Notes: generated by a model from the letters alone, not told the origin. A stretch of DNA of 64,000 nucleotides from Lytechinus pictus (GCF_037042905.1 NC_087256.1:8494001-8558000), one strand, 5' to 3'. Positions 11,714-23,999 are shown, numbered from the stretch's first letter. Translations and numbers: made by a program.

Positions 11714-14700
11714 GAAGCGCCCTCTAGTCTTAAATTATCTACTACTGCAGCTGAACCATTTACCAGAACAGTTGGAACATCGAAAACACAAAAACTTGAA
11801 ACCATTGAAAGTGGCATCACAAACACTAATGATGTTATGTCCACCGTGACCGATTTCATGCATTCATCGTCGCCTTCGTCTCCACCAACATTCCCGCAAC
11901 TTACATCGGTAAGAATGGAAACGGAGGCCAAAGCTACTTCTGTCTTCACGGAAATGACGGGAGGACCTACCCTTGGGTCGCAGGCTACAACTACGACATT
12001 ACTTGGTGATTCTACTACAGTAACTGCCCATTCTACTGATGATATTTCTAGCACTGCTACCATCGCATCTACAGATACAACATTTACCATCACCAACATT
12101 GCCACAACTGTCCCTGCAACTGCGAGGTCCTTATCACCATCAACAATACCATCGGCATTAACACTATCGAAACTCCCATTGACAACAAGTGATGGTCAAC
12201 CTAAAGAACCAACTACAGATTCTAAGCCCCCGGAGATGACGTCGCCATCCCTATCAACATCGCAATGGTTATCGACACCAGATGGGAAAGAAGGTTCAAC
12301 TACTTTCGAAGGCGCCCCTGATGGCACGGCTACCCCGACGACACCGCCGCTTACCGATGTCTTCCTACAACCTACGAGCCAGGTGTCAACTTCACCGACC
12401 AGGGTGACGATTCAACCCATCACCGAACCCAAAGATCCAATAACCCCGAATAAAGGTAACTAATGGACAAATCTTCAATTTCATTCACATTTCGTATGTT
12501 TTTGTTTTTATTGTCATCATAACCAAGTAGCCGTTGACAAGGTTATAATCGAAGCCTCCTGTGAAATCATATCACTGGTACTATGAAGATTGTTTGTGCA
12601 AATTGTTATATTTATCACTCATATAAAGGGTCCAGATTCCAGTTAAGGCATTTGACTTAGATAAAACAAGAATTTGAAAATTTTCTTTTATTACCTAAAT
12701 TTGTCATGGATCCCACTTTAAACTTTCAATAGAGGTAGTTCTTACATTGTGATCATCATTGTTGTACACATTTGTGTACACCAAAGAAAGAATGGAACAC
12801 TCCCCGTCCAAAAATACAAATATACATCTCCGTCAATGACCTCCGTAATGAACAGATGAACGGATATCATTAATTACTAATAACAGCCTTGATTTTATTA
12901 TGTCTTTAGTCTCATTTGTTTGTGATGAGGTGGACCGCACACTCTCTGTTGTGGAATGTGCCACACCAAATGAATGTACCATTAATATATTCGTGTGTGA
13001 TGGGGTCTCTGACTGCAGCGACGGGTCTGACGAAAGTCTTGCCACTTGTCTTGGAGGTATGTTTCTTACGAATTTATAATTATGAACAACAATTTCTGTG
13101 ATCAGTCGTTACGCTTTGTGTCCGGCTATGTGTTACCAGGCCATAAGACCCAGGACGCTGCTTCATGAAATGTGCGAGCACTGACATGAACAAGTCGTCA
13201 ATCACTGAGAGATAATGTAAAATCTTAGGTTTTGATTAGCTGATGAATTGATAAGTTTCATTAAACTTTGTCCTAAATGATTGTGATGGATTCCAAACAT
13301 TTCTGATTCTCAATTAATGCACCCTAATGGCGTGAATGTAGATTTCGATGGCCCTATCTGACATTTAAATCATTAAATGTATGTATATACACTACTCAAA
13401 AAAAGTTAAGGACCACTTTTTAAAACGTACATAAAGATTTTATACAAGGTGTTTTATTTCTGGAAATACCTCAGTACAACTGTCCTAAATGCCCTTAAAC
13501 ACGCTGTAATCAATTTCACGCATGGGTGGTTTCAGTTGTTGCACAATGTCTCTCGCATCACTGCACATCCTGAAAAGTGGGCCCCGAGGGGTATCAGCTA
13601 CCGACATGAAGTGGTAAAAACGAATGTCTGAGTGTCTTTCAGGCAGTTCAGTAACGAGTGTGACCACCTCCTGCAGCAATAACGGCTTCACAGCGCTGTC
13701 TCATGGAGCTGATGAGGCGATTGATGTCTCTGACGTCCAGTGCATCCCATGCAGCCTCCAGAGCCACACCCAGCTGCTGCAGTCCAAGTGGATGGGCTTC
13801 GAGCTGGTCGAGACTCCTCCCCATCATGTCCCAGACGTGCTCTATCGGGTTTAAGTCCGGGGACCTCGCTGGCCACTCCATACGCTCAATCCCCTGGCCC
13901 TCAAGGAACTCGGTCACCACCCTAGCTCGGTGGGCACGGGCATTGTCATCCATGAAAATGATGTTTTGTCCCACATTTTCTGCAAATGGCACCACTATAG
14001 GTTCAAGGACCTCATCCCTGTACCTCACTCCTGTCATTGCTCCCCCTGGGACCACGTAGAGACGAGTACGGTTGGCGTAGGTGATGCCTCCCCACACCAT
14101 GACGCTGCCTCCCCCATAACGGTCATGTTCTGCAATACAGGGGTCTGCAAATCTCTCTCCTGGTCGCCTCCAGACTCTCGAACGTCCATCATTGTGGTCA
14201 AGGGAAAATCTGCTCTCATCTGTGAACAGAACTCTACGCCATTGCTGTCTGGTCCATCTGACATGCTCCCGGGCCCAGTTGAGACGAATTCTTCTGTGAG
14301 CAGGGGTGAGTGGGACACACTGAGCTGGCCGTCTGGCATGCATATTGGCTCTGTGAAGTCGGTTACGGATTGTTTGAGTGGAAACAATCACTCCAGTTGC
14401 TGCAGCGAAGTCATTGTTGAGGCGGCGTGCACTGTGAAAGCGGTTGCGGAGGCTGAGATTCGTCAAGTAGCGATCATCTCTAGGGGTTGTCGAAACTGGT
14501 CGGCCACTGCGGGGTCTCTCGGAGTATAGCCCTGTCTCTCGGTGTCTTTGATTTGCTCTGCTAATGACACTGTGTGACACGCCCATCATTCTGGCTACTC
14601 TTCGCTGACTGAGGCCAGCTTCCAGCATCCCTAGGGCTCTGGCTACATCTGTTTCACTTAGGTGGTGTCTTGGCATTGCTGTTGTAGGCAAGTTGTTGAT

Positions 14701-17700
14701 TGTACAGACTAAAGACGGAAAATGCTTTGGAAGACACTTGTCTTATGGCCCACTGCAATGATGCCAGAGACATCATGAAAGAACTGCATGTGTGAAATTG
14801 ATGTCATTGTGTTTGATGGCATTCTGGACAGCTGTATCTTGGCATTGCTATTGTCAGCAAGTTGTTGATTGTAGAGACTAAAGACAGAAAATGCTTTGGA
14901 AGCCACTTTTGTACGGGCACATTGCAATGATGCAAGAGACATGAAAGAACTGCATGTGTGAAATTGATTTCATTGTGTTTGATGGCATCCTGGACAGCTG
15001 TATCTTGGCATTGCTGTTGTCAGCAATTTGTTGATTGTAGAGACTAAAGACAGAAAATGCATTTGAATCCACATTTGTACCACTTCACAATGGGCCCACT
15101 TTTCAGGATATGCAATAATGCGAGAGACATCATGCAACAACTGAAACCACCCATGTGTGAAATTGTTACAGGGTGTTTGAGGAGATTCAAGACAGCCATA
15201 TTCGGGTATTTCTAGAAATACAACACCCGGTTTGAAAATTGTATACACACATTAAAAAGTGGTCCTTAACTTTTTTTGAGTAGTGTATAAATTTATATAT
15301 ATTGTATAACATTTCGCTCATGAAAGACAATCGTAAACTTCAAGCGAATGCAGTTGGTCAAAATAATCTCTTGGGATGAAGAGTTCATACATATGGAATA
15401 AATATACCTTTGTTTGGTATTACAGAACCAGCTTGTGACCACGAACCGAAGCATGTGTGCGAAAATGGAGGTACATGTTTATCGAAACCCATGACAAGTC
15501 AGAGGGTTGCTCACGTCACTTGCCTTTGTGAACTCAACTTCAGGGGAGAGACATGCCTCGAGGAAGTAGATCTAACTACCTCGTCATCTCCGTTATCATC
15601 GACACCGTCGGCTTCGACTTTGTTGTCGAGTTCCCAGTCCGAGGTAATAACAGTTGAAAATACTCCCGCAACTGTGTCTGCAACCCAGGACACAGAAGGA
15701 ACACAAAACACTGTCGTGTCTTTAACGACCGAGATAACCACTACAGTAATAGTAGAGACATCAAGGAATATTGAAGAATCATCTCCTTCTCTCACAACAA
15801 ATCCCGTCACGAGGACGATCAGCAATTCTCCTGCTACAGATGAATCTACAACTGAAAACGCAGAGGTCATGTCGTCGTCAAAGGATGTAACATCTGGAAA
15901 CTCGTACACGACAGCAACTGAAGTGATTACAAGCTATGCCACTGCGTTGACTACAATAATGTTTCCCTCCACTTCGCAGGATTTGGCTACAGACACAAAA
16001 CCCATTTCTGAGTCATCAGGCACACCTGTCAGCAGAACCATCACTCCTATCCCTTTCACATCAGATACTGAAACCCAGACATGGACACCAAAGTCCTCAC
16101 CCACATCGGATAGAACAATTACTACTGAAGATGTGCCACTTGTGTCTGACATGATCACTGATCATCTTACAACAGAATATGAAGATTTGACGATAGTTAC
16201 AGAGATTATCACCATCCCGGTGTCAAATACTGATGATGTTACCAATGGCAATGCGGACACTATAACTGGTGAAGGGTTGGGGACAGAATCGAGTGCTATT
16301 ACAGAAGTATCAACCCAACTCCCATCACTTAGAACATCCACTCTGATGATTCCCACTGTGGATCCTAGCCAAACAATCACAGATTTCGAAAAAGAAAGTA
16401 CAGAAACAGTAACTACCTTTGATGAAACCACAGAAACATCAACAACTAATAAAACGCAATCAGCAACAGATTCAACAACAGATATTAGGAATACCGAAAG
16501 CACTCTTGGTAATACAACGATTTCAGAAGTAGATGAATCACCAGCCTACTCTACGTCCACACCGTTTGAAGTAACTGGTACTCAAAGTGACACAACTTCT
16601 ACAAAGGAAAGTTCGGACTACACAACGACAACTGAAGGCACTCATACTTTTGAAAGAGAAACAGATTACCCAATGAAGAGAACAACAGAAGTCTCTGGTA
16701 CTCAAAGTGATATAACAATTATGGTTTCTGATGGTAAAACTAGTCACACAGTGGGTAAAGCAACTGAAGCATCATCTAGTACTCAAAGTGATACAACACT
16801 TTCCACAAGAAATACGGACTACCCAACGGTTAAAACAACTGAAACCTCAAGTACTCAAAGTGATGCATCAATATCATCAGAAGGTAAAACAGACTACAAA
16901 ATGGTTAAAACAACTGAACCCTTTACTATTGCAAGTGATACAATTTCCAGAGAAGGTAACACCAACTACACAATCGCCACAACAACCGAAAACACTAACA
17001 CTCACATTGATATGTCTTCTGTCACCAGCCTGCAATCAACACATACGGCTACCCAATCAACTCACTCAATTGAAACAACTGAACTCATTACCACACATGC
17101 AGATACTCAAATATCAGGACTTGATCCCACAGATGACGCAAAAACCAAGAGAACATCGACAGTGACACTGACGTCATTATTATTGTCTACATCGGCAGGA
17201 CAAACAACAGAAAGGAAGGCATCAATGACCACTGAAGAAGAAGATGACCGAAGCACACATTTTGGAAGTACTACATATAAAAAAACTGTCACATCGAGGT
17301 TTGAGACCTCAAAGTCATTTTCAACAACCGACACGTCGTCATCAACTACCGATGGCAGATCACCCTCGTCCGAAAGAGTCGTGTTGATAGTATTATTATC
17401 AACCGCTGCTGTTATCGTGTTCTCAATCGCCTGTCTGATCATCGTCGGGTGTTGCATCGCGAGGAAATGGCGGGAAAAGAACTTTTATCCAGATGATGAT
17501 CAAACACCTCTGAGGTTAGTATTGTCTAAAATCTTGATTGCATTCTGCACAAGTCATGAGACGGTAAGAGCATTGCCTTAATAAGAGAATCAAATGCGAT
17601 TTCAAATCACAGCGATCGTACGAGTTTCAAAACCATCCAATCCACTAAATCAATTGATTTTTCTTTTGGTAATGTTTTGGTAATGTAGACATTTTGAAAT

Positions 17701-19032
17701 GTTGTAACAACTTAAAAGTGGCTGTTACTGGTATCTTTTTCACCTGAGTAGAGATAGACGTCAAACTCAATAAAAGTGACAAAAGTTGAAACCCGTATCA
17801 TTTCATTTGATCCAATGAAAAGTGATGTATTAAGTAAACTGCGACAGTGCACCTCGTCTCCATATGTTTCAAGGTTGAATTTATTGCCCATCAAGAGAAT
17901 AAAACGAATCGTTCTGAAGAATCAGTCAATCAATAAATCTTGGCACACTGTTTGCTCGGTAAAATCAATATTGTTTTTATAAAATAAAAAAAGGTTAGTA
18001 TTAGCAACTAACCATATTCAATTTTCCAAGCTCAAAGTTCTTTTTCACGAGAGTGATTAGTCGCAATGCTTACAAGTGATTTCTTTCCCATCTCTGCACC
18101 GATCAGGTCCCCGCAAACATATTCACAGCAGAGTAATAGAGGAAGGAAATACATTTATGGTCAAAATCACCAGGGTAAGTATCAACTTAAATCTCATGTG
18201 TTAATAATTGATGTGGTCACAACCAAATTTACTCAGTCCATGACCGTTGTAAAACGTTTAACAACTATAGAGCAGATACAGCGTGTAATGATGACAAGAA
18301 AGGAAATTGATGGATAAGAGAATGTGTAGAGAAATAGTTCACAATATGGAATGATGAACTGTTTCCCTATATGTTCATATAACATCATAATCATGACGGT
18401 TATCATTACTTAATATTACTCTTCCTATACACTGATTTTGTACGTGAAAAGAGGCAAAGTATGCCAAGTGTTAAGTGTAAGAGGTGATACACAATGTAGC
18501 CCCCCACCTCCAATGAGAGAAACTGTCACCATCGATTTAGAATTGAAGCATGATCATCTTAAGGTGAAAGTACGAATATGCACGTCAGTAACAAGATAAG
18601 ATTTTCTGAACGGAAACACAAATATAAATATATATATTGAAAATCGATACTCCATCTTATCTCTCATGTTTACTCTCAGAAAACAACAAGCCAAGCTTCG
18701 CCCATCGGTTGAAGCCGTTTCAGTCAACCAAAGTAGAATACGAGTCCGACTTAACCTACGCACCGTCTCTCTCCTCTCCATCGCCGACAACACTTTCCAT
18801 AATAAACGACTACTTTGAACAAATGCACAGTGTCTACAACGGCCTCGAACCTGATGGTATTCGAAACAACTCTACGGAACGATATTATGAAGGAACCGAT
18901 TTGGGAAGTGAAAGTTTCGAGATGAGGTTTTTCCCGGATACCGAGTATTGGATGCCGTCAAGCTCAAGTGATGTGACGGATATCCCGTATTACATAACCG
19001 ATGATGCACCTCTGCCGGTTTCCCATGTATAG
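9079..19032 (+). CDS. Uncharacterised mucin-like membrane protein: [LDLa-EGF-Ser/Thr-rich] x2, TM helix, Tyr-rich cytoplasmic tail; 7 exons, ~1299 aa
   Basis: Exons 9079(or 9040)-9214, 10721-10873 (LDLa, CDLIPDCSDQSDE), 11502-12455 (EGF + mucin), 12910-13056 (LDLa, CDGVSDCSDGSDE), 15426-17514 (EGF + mucin + TM VVLIVLLSTAAVIVFSIACLIIVGCCIA), 18107-18174 and 18680-19032. All introns GT-AG; phases 1,1,1,1,2,1 join in frame (3900 nt). The first exon is the least certain. Confidence 0.8.
11648..11713 (+). repeat. (ACT)22 coding microsatellite encoding poly-Thr
   Basis: Perfect trinucleotide run in frame, just after EGF domain 1. Confidence 0.97.
13648..14676 (-). CDS. Tc1 transposase (DD34E), 342 aa, intact
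   Basis: N-terminal paired-like HTH with GRP motif; LFTDESRF, FMDDNARAH and WPARSPDLNPIEHVW, with 34 residues between the second D and the E; C-terminal GGHTRY. First ATG at 14676. Confidence 0.96.
   Translation of the reverse strand: MPRHHLSETDVARALGMLEAGLSQRRVARMMGVSHSVISRANQRHRETGLYSERPRSGRPVSTTPRDDRYLTNLSLRNRFHSARRLNNDFAAATGVIVSTQTIRNRLHRANMHARRPAQCVPLTPAHRRIRLNWAREHVRWTRQQWRRVLFTDESRFSLDHNDGRSRVWRRPGERFADPCIAEHDRYGGGSVMVWGGITYANRTRLYVVPGGAMTGVRYRDEVLEPIVVPFAENVGQNIIFMDDNARAHRARVVTEFLEGQGIERMEWPARSPDLNPIEHVWDMMGRSLDQLEAHPLGLQQLGVALEAAWDALDVRDINRLISSMRQRCEAVIAAGGGHTRY
14668..15066. repeat. ~168-bp tandem repeat (~2.4 copies) inside the Tc1 element, covering the transposase start codon
   Basis: TCTTGGCATTGCT...GTTGATTGTA(C/G)AGACTAAAGAC...AAAATGC recurs at ~14668, ~14837 and ~15003. 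Confidence 0.85.
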
Positions 19033-20534
19033 AAGTACCATTGAATCAGCCGGTATCACGTGACAAAGTATGGACCAATCACGCATTGTATTTAGGAAAG
19101 CAAATTATACATTAAAAAAAACTTAGAGAGCGATTCCTTACAATCACGATATGTCTTACCGGTTTCTCATATCTGAAACTTATATGATGACAGAATATTA
19201 GACATTTGAAATTATTGACATGAAGAAATATGAACAAATTCCTGGAAATTTCACCTACATGTATAAATGGCTGTATATAACAAAGGACATGCAGGAGACA
19301 ATATTCCTAAAACAAATATAGAACCATAATAAAGGATGTGGACCACCATGAATATCATCGTCATAGAACGTAGCTTCATTTTGTGTTGTATTACTTTTTG
19401 TCATCATGGCTATGGTTGTCTTCTTTAACTTTCAGAAGAAAAAAAATCTAAGAATAATCATCGAATGACATCTCACATTAGACCAGTGAATACATGACAG
19501 AATGTTGATTAGACAAATAGCATTTAATCATCATTTGATTTCCATGGGTCGCGAAGCCAAACTGTTTAGTGTCATTTGGTTGTTAAATCGATCGATCGAT
19601 CAATCAATCAGTCAATCCGCACGTTTTGCGATAGGCCTAAACTGAAACTGCTATCACAAAAGATAATTGTAGTATTATATTTCCGACACCCCTCAATTAA
19701 ATATAAATGTAGAAATGGTCCTTCTTCACTTGGAGTACCCCATTTATCGAAATTCAAGCCAAATTATCACCCCCCCCCCTACATTGCTCTGATTCGAGTT
19801 TACGCCACTGGTTCAACCAGCAATAAATTCTCAATGTGTTATTGATACATGCTGTCCACTGGATCAAACGTCGTAGCAACTATTTTCGATCTATATACAA
19901 TAAAGAACTTCTTAGACGGGCTCGGGCGGTACTAGGGTATTTGAACTTCAGACCTGATCAAAATCTTCCCCAACCCGTAATCAAGATGGAGTGACAATAT
20001 GGTGGAATTGAGATTTTAGGTGACAAGGAAATGGCTTGCGTTTTGAATTACAGTATTGGCCAATCTTAACTAGATATTAACCGACTGTTTACGAGTATAG
20101 ACCAACTGACGGGATGGGTTAAGAACCACTTGGTCAACTAGCAGATGGTCTAATTCTTAGATTGTCCAACTCTATATAACAGCATCATAGTAAACCCAAT
20201 TGGTCTACTATTAATACGGTCTAATTATACTTTGGTCAAACGACCATTCGCTCTAATAACAACTCAATCTAAATGTCATCCATGCCCAGATAGTCTAGTT
20301 TCCACTTTGTATACCCATTATTTTTATTTTTTATTCAAATGAAAACTTGGTACATAAACGGTTCATGATGAAGAACAAGCGGTGTTAGACCAAGTGAATA
20401 TTAGACAAAATGGGTATGGCCTTACTGGAAATCGGACAAAGTGGTAAGTGGGCTATAATATATGGCAATTAGATCAAATGATAAAATTAGCTGGATGGAG
20501 ATGAACTAGAATTAGACCATGTGGGATGAGACCT

Positions 20535-21281
20535 GGAGCCCGTTTCATTAAAGGGACACTCCAGGCTGAAGATATGTATATCTAAATAAATAGAGTAAAA
20601 TTAAAAGAGCAAAATGCTGAAAATTTCATCAAATTCTGATAACAAATAGCGAAGTTATTGAATATTTGCATTATTCCGGTGAAACAGTTCTAGGCATGTC
20701 TTCATGAATATTCATCAGATGGGCTGATGATGTCATATAATCCCCACTTGTTCTTTTGTTTTGTATTATATGAAATTACGTTTATTCAAATTTTTTCTAC
20801 CAAGAACTAAAACAAAATGGATTGACAACTGATTAAGTGCATTAGTTATTTCTTGCTGCAACTTATTTCATCATAATGGAGACACATCATATACGCATTA
20901 ATGAAACAATTATGATTTCATGTAATAACATAAGAAAAAGGAAAGTGGGGATGTGACATCATCAGCCCACCTAATGAATATTCATGAAGACATGCCTAGA
21001 ACTGTTTCACCAGAATAATGCAAATCTTTAAAATTCAATAACTTCTGTATTTGTTATCTGATTTTGATGAATTTTCAGCACTTTGCTCTGTGAATTTTAT
21101 TCTGTTTATTTAGCTATAAATATTTTCTGCCCGGAGTATCCCTTTAATAGGTTTAAGTATGGTAACTTTGCCATTATGGCAACTACCATGGAAACCTTGA
21201 TTCTGATTGGCTGCCGAGCTCTGTTACCATGGTAGTTGCCATAATGGCAAAGTTACAACAGCCCTTTATGAAACGGGCCCC
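20535..21281. mobile_element. PIF/Harbinger-like MITE interrupted by a Kolobok-type MITE
   Basis: Ends (CT)GGAGCCCGTTTCAT and ATGAAACGGGCCCC(AG); internal palindrome at 21163-21256. It sits in a degenerate GGTCTA/TAGACC foldback-like region (~20100-21340). Confidence 0.65.
20552..21143. mobile_element. Kolobok/T2-type MITE
   Basis: TTAA|AGGGACACTCCAGGC ... GCCCGGAGTATCCCT|TTAA with ~190-bp inverted arms; a related copy starts at 63695. Confidence 0.8.
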
Positions 21282-23192
21282 AGAAGAAAAGTTGGGAAAA
21301 TTAATTGTAGACCAAGTGGTAATTGACCATAGGGTAGATCCATTTACTGAAGATGATTTATTATTACAATTCTACTTCTCTCACGCAGAAATATCAAAAT
21401 TCACCCTAAAAAACTAAACAATCTTAACTGTTTTAGTGTTTCTGAAGGGTAGGGATTACAAATATGTATTTTTAAATGATATACGCTTTCTCTCACTAGG
21501 GATGGGATATACACTAAAAGCACGTAAACATGACATTTGAGAAAGTATAATTGTATTAAACAAACAAAATGAATTTTATTTATTACAATTGATAAAACGA
21601 CACCCTTACATACAATATGCGAACCCCTCAAATCTAACAGTATATATTTGAATGATCATGCTATAAATTACATTTTGTACAGAACGTAAACAAGAAACAC
21701 CATTCCTCAATTGTTTGCCAAAGTGACGATAACACAAGTAGTACCCAATGAATACACATTCATGTATTCATATTTTCTCTGAAGACTAGTGTTGTAAACC
21801 TAATTAATAAAAGTGCATAACAATATTTACTTTTTTCATGAATTAACAAAAATGCTAAAGAATACAAAAATGAAAAAGTCCAGATTGTGCCTTGCAATAG
21901 AAAAATGAATTATTTTGCTACTTACATTCAACTTTATTGACACTTAAAAAGACAATGGCTGTACAATTTACATAATCATATCCCTTGAAAACTACATGTG
22001 CTGCTATGTTACTTTTAGTGTAAATAATTTCCATCTTTGTCACAGATCAATCAAAGTTGAAGCAATGTCTTTTTACATGATATTGATATGAATTTCTTTT
22101 TAAAGTCATAATTTCTCAAACTTACATGTACATGTATTTGCAATAATCATGTAATCATAGAAATATGCTGGACTACAATCACTCATTATGGCGCAGAGTA
22201 AAAAAATTGAATCATAAACAAATGCAGAAATGCATTTTTGTATCATTCTTTAAAGCAGCTTTAAAAAGCACCAGCTCAAGTCACAAACGGGTCAAGTTGG
22301 TCATGACCCCTTACCCAGACTGCAACATTCTGATCGTGGAGCATTATAATGTATGCTCAATAGAATGGTGATGATTTTCTACTTCTCTTTAATTCAATCC
22401 ACAAATACATTTTGTTTCCAAGGAATGAGGAGATTGCATATACATCATGCTTTTCCCCAATGAAGACCAAATGTCCCACAAATGGCAAAAATTCACATTA
22501 ATTCTTTCATCAAAAGAAAAAAAAGGTATATGTCTGAAGACCATACTCCAGTTTAGGCTTCTATTAAAGGACCACCCACTGTGTGTTGTTTGATATTATG
22601 GGTAGAAATTTCCCTGTAATACAAAATATCCTCCCAAAAAGTGAAGGATATCTAGCAATCATGTATTTTGCATTCATTATTCCACTTCCAATTTCAACTC
22701 ATACTGATACCAAAAGCACTTTCCATGATTACATAATTACAAATGGGCAACTGATCAAATAGGAGAATATATATATCAACTTAGAAATGAAGTGGTTGTG
22801 ATAATTTTAATACATACATGAACTGTAAAGATTTATGACAAATGTACAGAAATTCACTACCATTGATTCATAATAATATATGTTATTATACATGGCAATC
22901 TAATTCTAAACTAGTGCCCTATCTCACTTTTAATCAGAATTATTACAATAAAAAGTGCTACAGTAATATGACATCTGCTTTGGCAATCAATGGCGCCATT
23001 TCAACTTATAACACATTTTATGAAATGGAAACTTGTACCTCAAATCTGAGTTTCTTCAATATTTTCAAGTGCAAATGTAAACATATACTGTATGCATTTG
23101 AATATCAGTAGGTAAAACATGGTTTCATTTTGTTAAATCTGATTGCAAATTTTAGTGATTATTGCCGTTTTTCAACACTTGAGTTTTCCTAC

Positions 23193-23999
23193 TAGGGAGT
23201 TCGGTGACTTTTTGAAATCTTGAAGGAATCCCAACAAATTTGATATCATTGGAAAGCTTGTGAAATAAGAAAAATAATGGTGCTTCAATCAACTCATTGT
23301 CTGATATATTGACGGAGATATTCCAGTTTACAGGGGAAAATATGCAGATTTTGTTCTGTCAAAAAAAATATTAAAGGCTTGTTTGAGTAGGGGAGACAGT
23401 GGCTTTTTGAAATCTTGAAGGAATTCCAACAAATTTGGTACCATTGGAAAGCTTGTGAAATAAGAAAAAGAATGGTGCATAAATCAACTCATTGACAGAG
23501 ATATTGACGGAGATATTCCAGTTTACAGGGGAAAATATGCAGATTTTGTTCTGTCAAAAAAAATATTAAAGGCTTGTTTGAGTAGGGGAGACAGTGGCTT
23601 TTTGAAATCTTGAAGGAATTCCAACAAATTTGGTACCATTGGAAAGCTTGTGAAATAAGAAAAAGAATGGTGCATAAATCAACTCATTGACAGAGATATT
23701 TCTGTTTAAAGGGGAGAATATGCAGATTTTTTTTACTGCAAAAGTAGATTTTCATAACTTACACAAAATGCAATGAATGGGACTGTGTAATACTTTTTTT
23801 TAAAAGTGCAATGCGCTGCTATGCGCGGCAAGGCATGCCCTTGAATTATACATCATTTTATCAATAAAACTTCAAAGTTTCTCATGGCATAGGTTTCTAT
23901 ATGGTTTTTCCTCCTCCTTTATTGGCTTCATACTTGTTTTATACATGGGTGCACAGACAGATACAAATTCTGAAAATTGGCATTTCACCGAACTCCCTA
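23193..23999. mobile_element. hAT-like non-autonomous element containing a 195-bp tandem repeat (~2.7 copies)
   Basis: 15-bp TIR TAGGGAGTTCGGTGA / TCACCGAACTCCCTA; imperfect TSD (TTTCCTAC vs TTTCTAC); repeat units start at 23208, 23403 and 23598. Confidence 0.75.

Larger units (their letters stand above)
13390..15285 (-). mobile_element. Full-length Tc1-family DNA transposon (1896 bp) in intron 4 of the mucin-like gene
   Basis: Perfect 34-bp outer TIR CACTACTCAAAAAAAGTTAAGGACCACTTTTTAA; imperfect inverted repeat extends to ~200 bp; TA TSDs at 13388-13389 and 15286-15287; intact transposase inside. Confidence 0.96.

Noticed and set aside
11560-12105. Val-rich antisense ORFs (also several within 15511-17457)
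   Set aside because: Mirror frames of Thr/Ser-rich mucin codons.
13624-14529. Several overlapping ORFs within the Tc1 element
   Set aside because: Alternative frames of a GC-rich transposase gene.
9079-19032. Calling the LDLa/EGF protein an LDL receptor family member
   Set aside because: No YWTD propeller, no clustered LDLa repeats and no NPxY motif in the tail.
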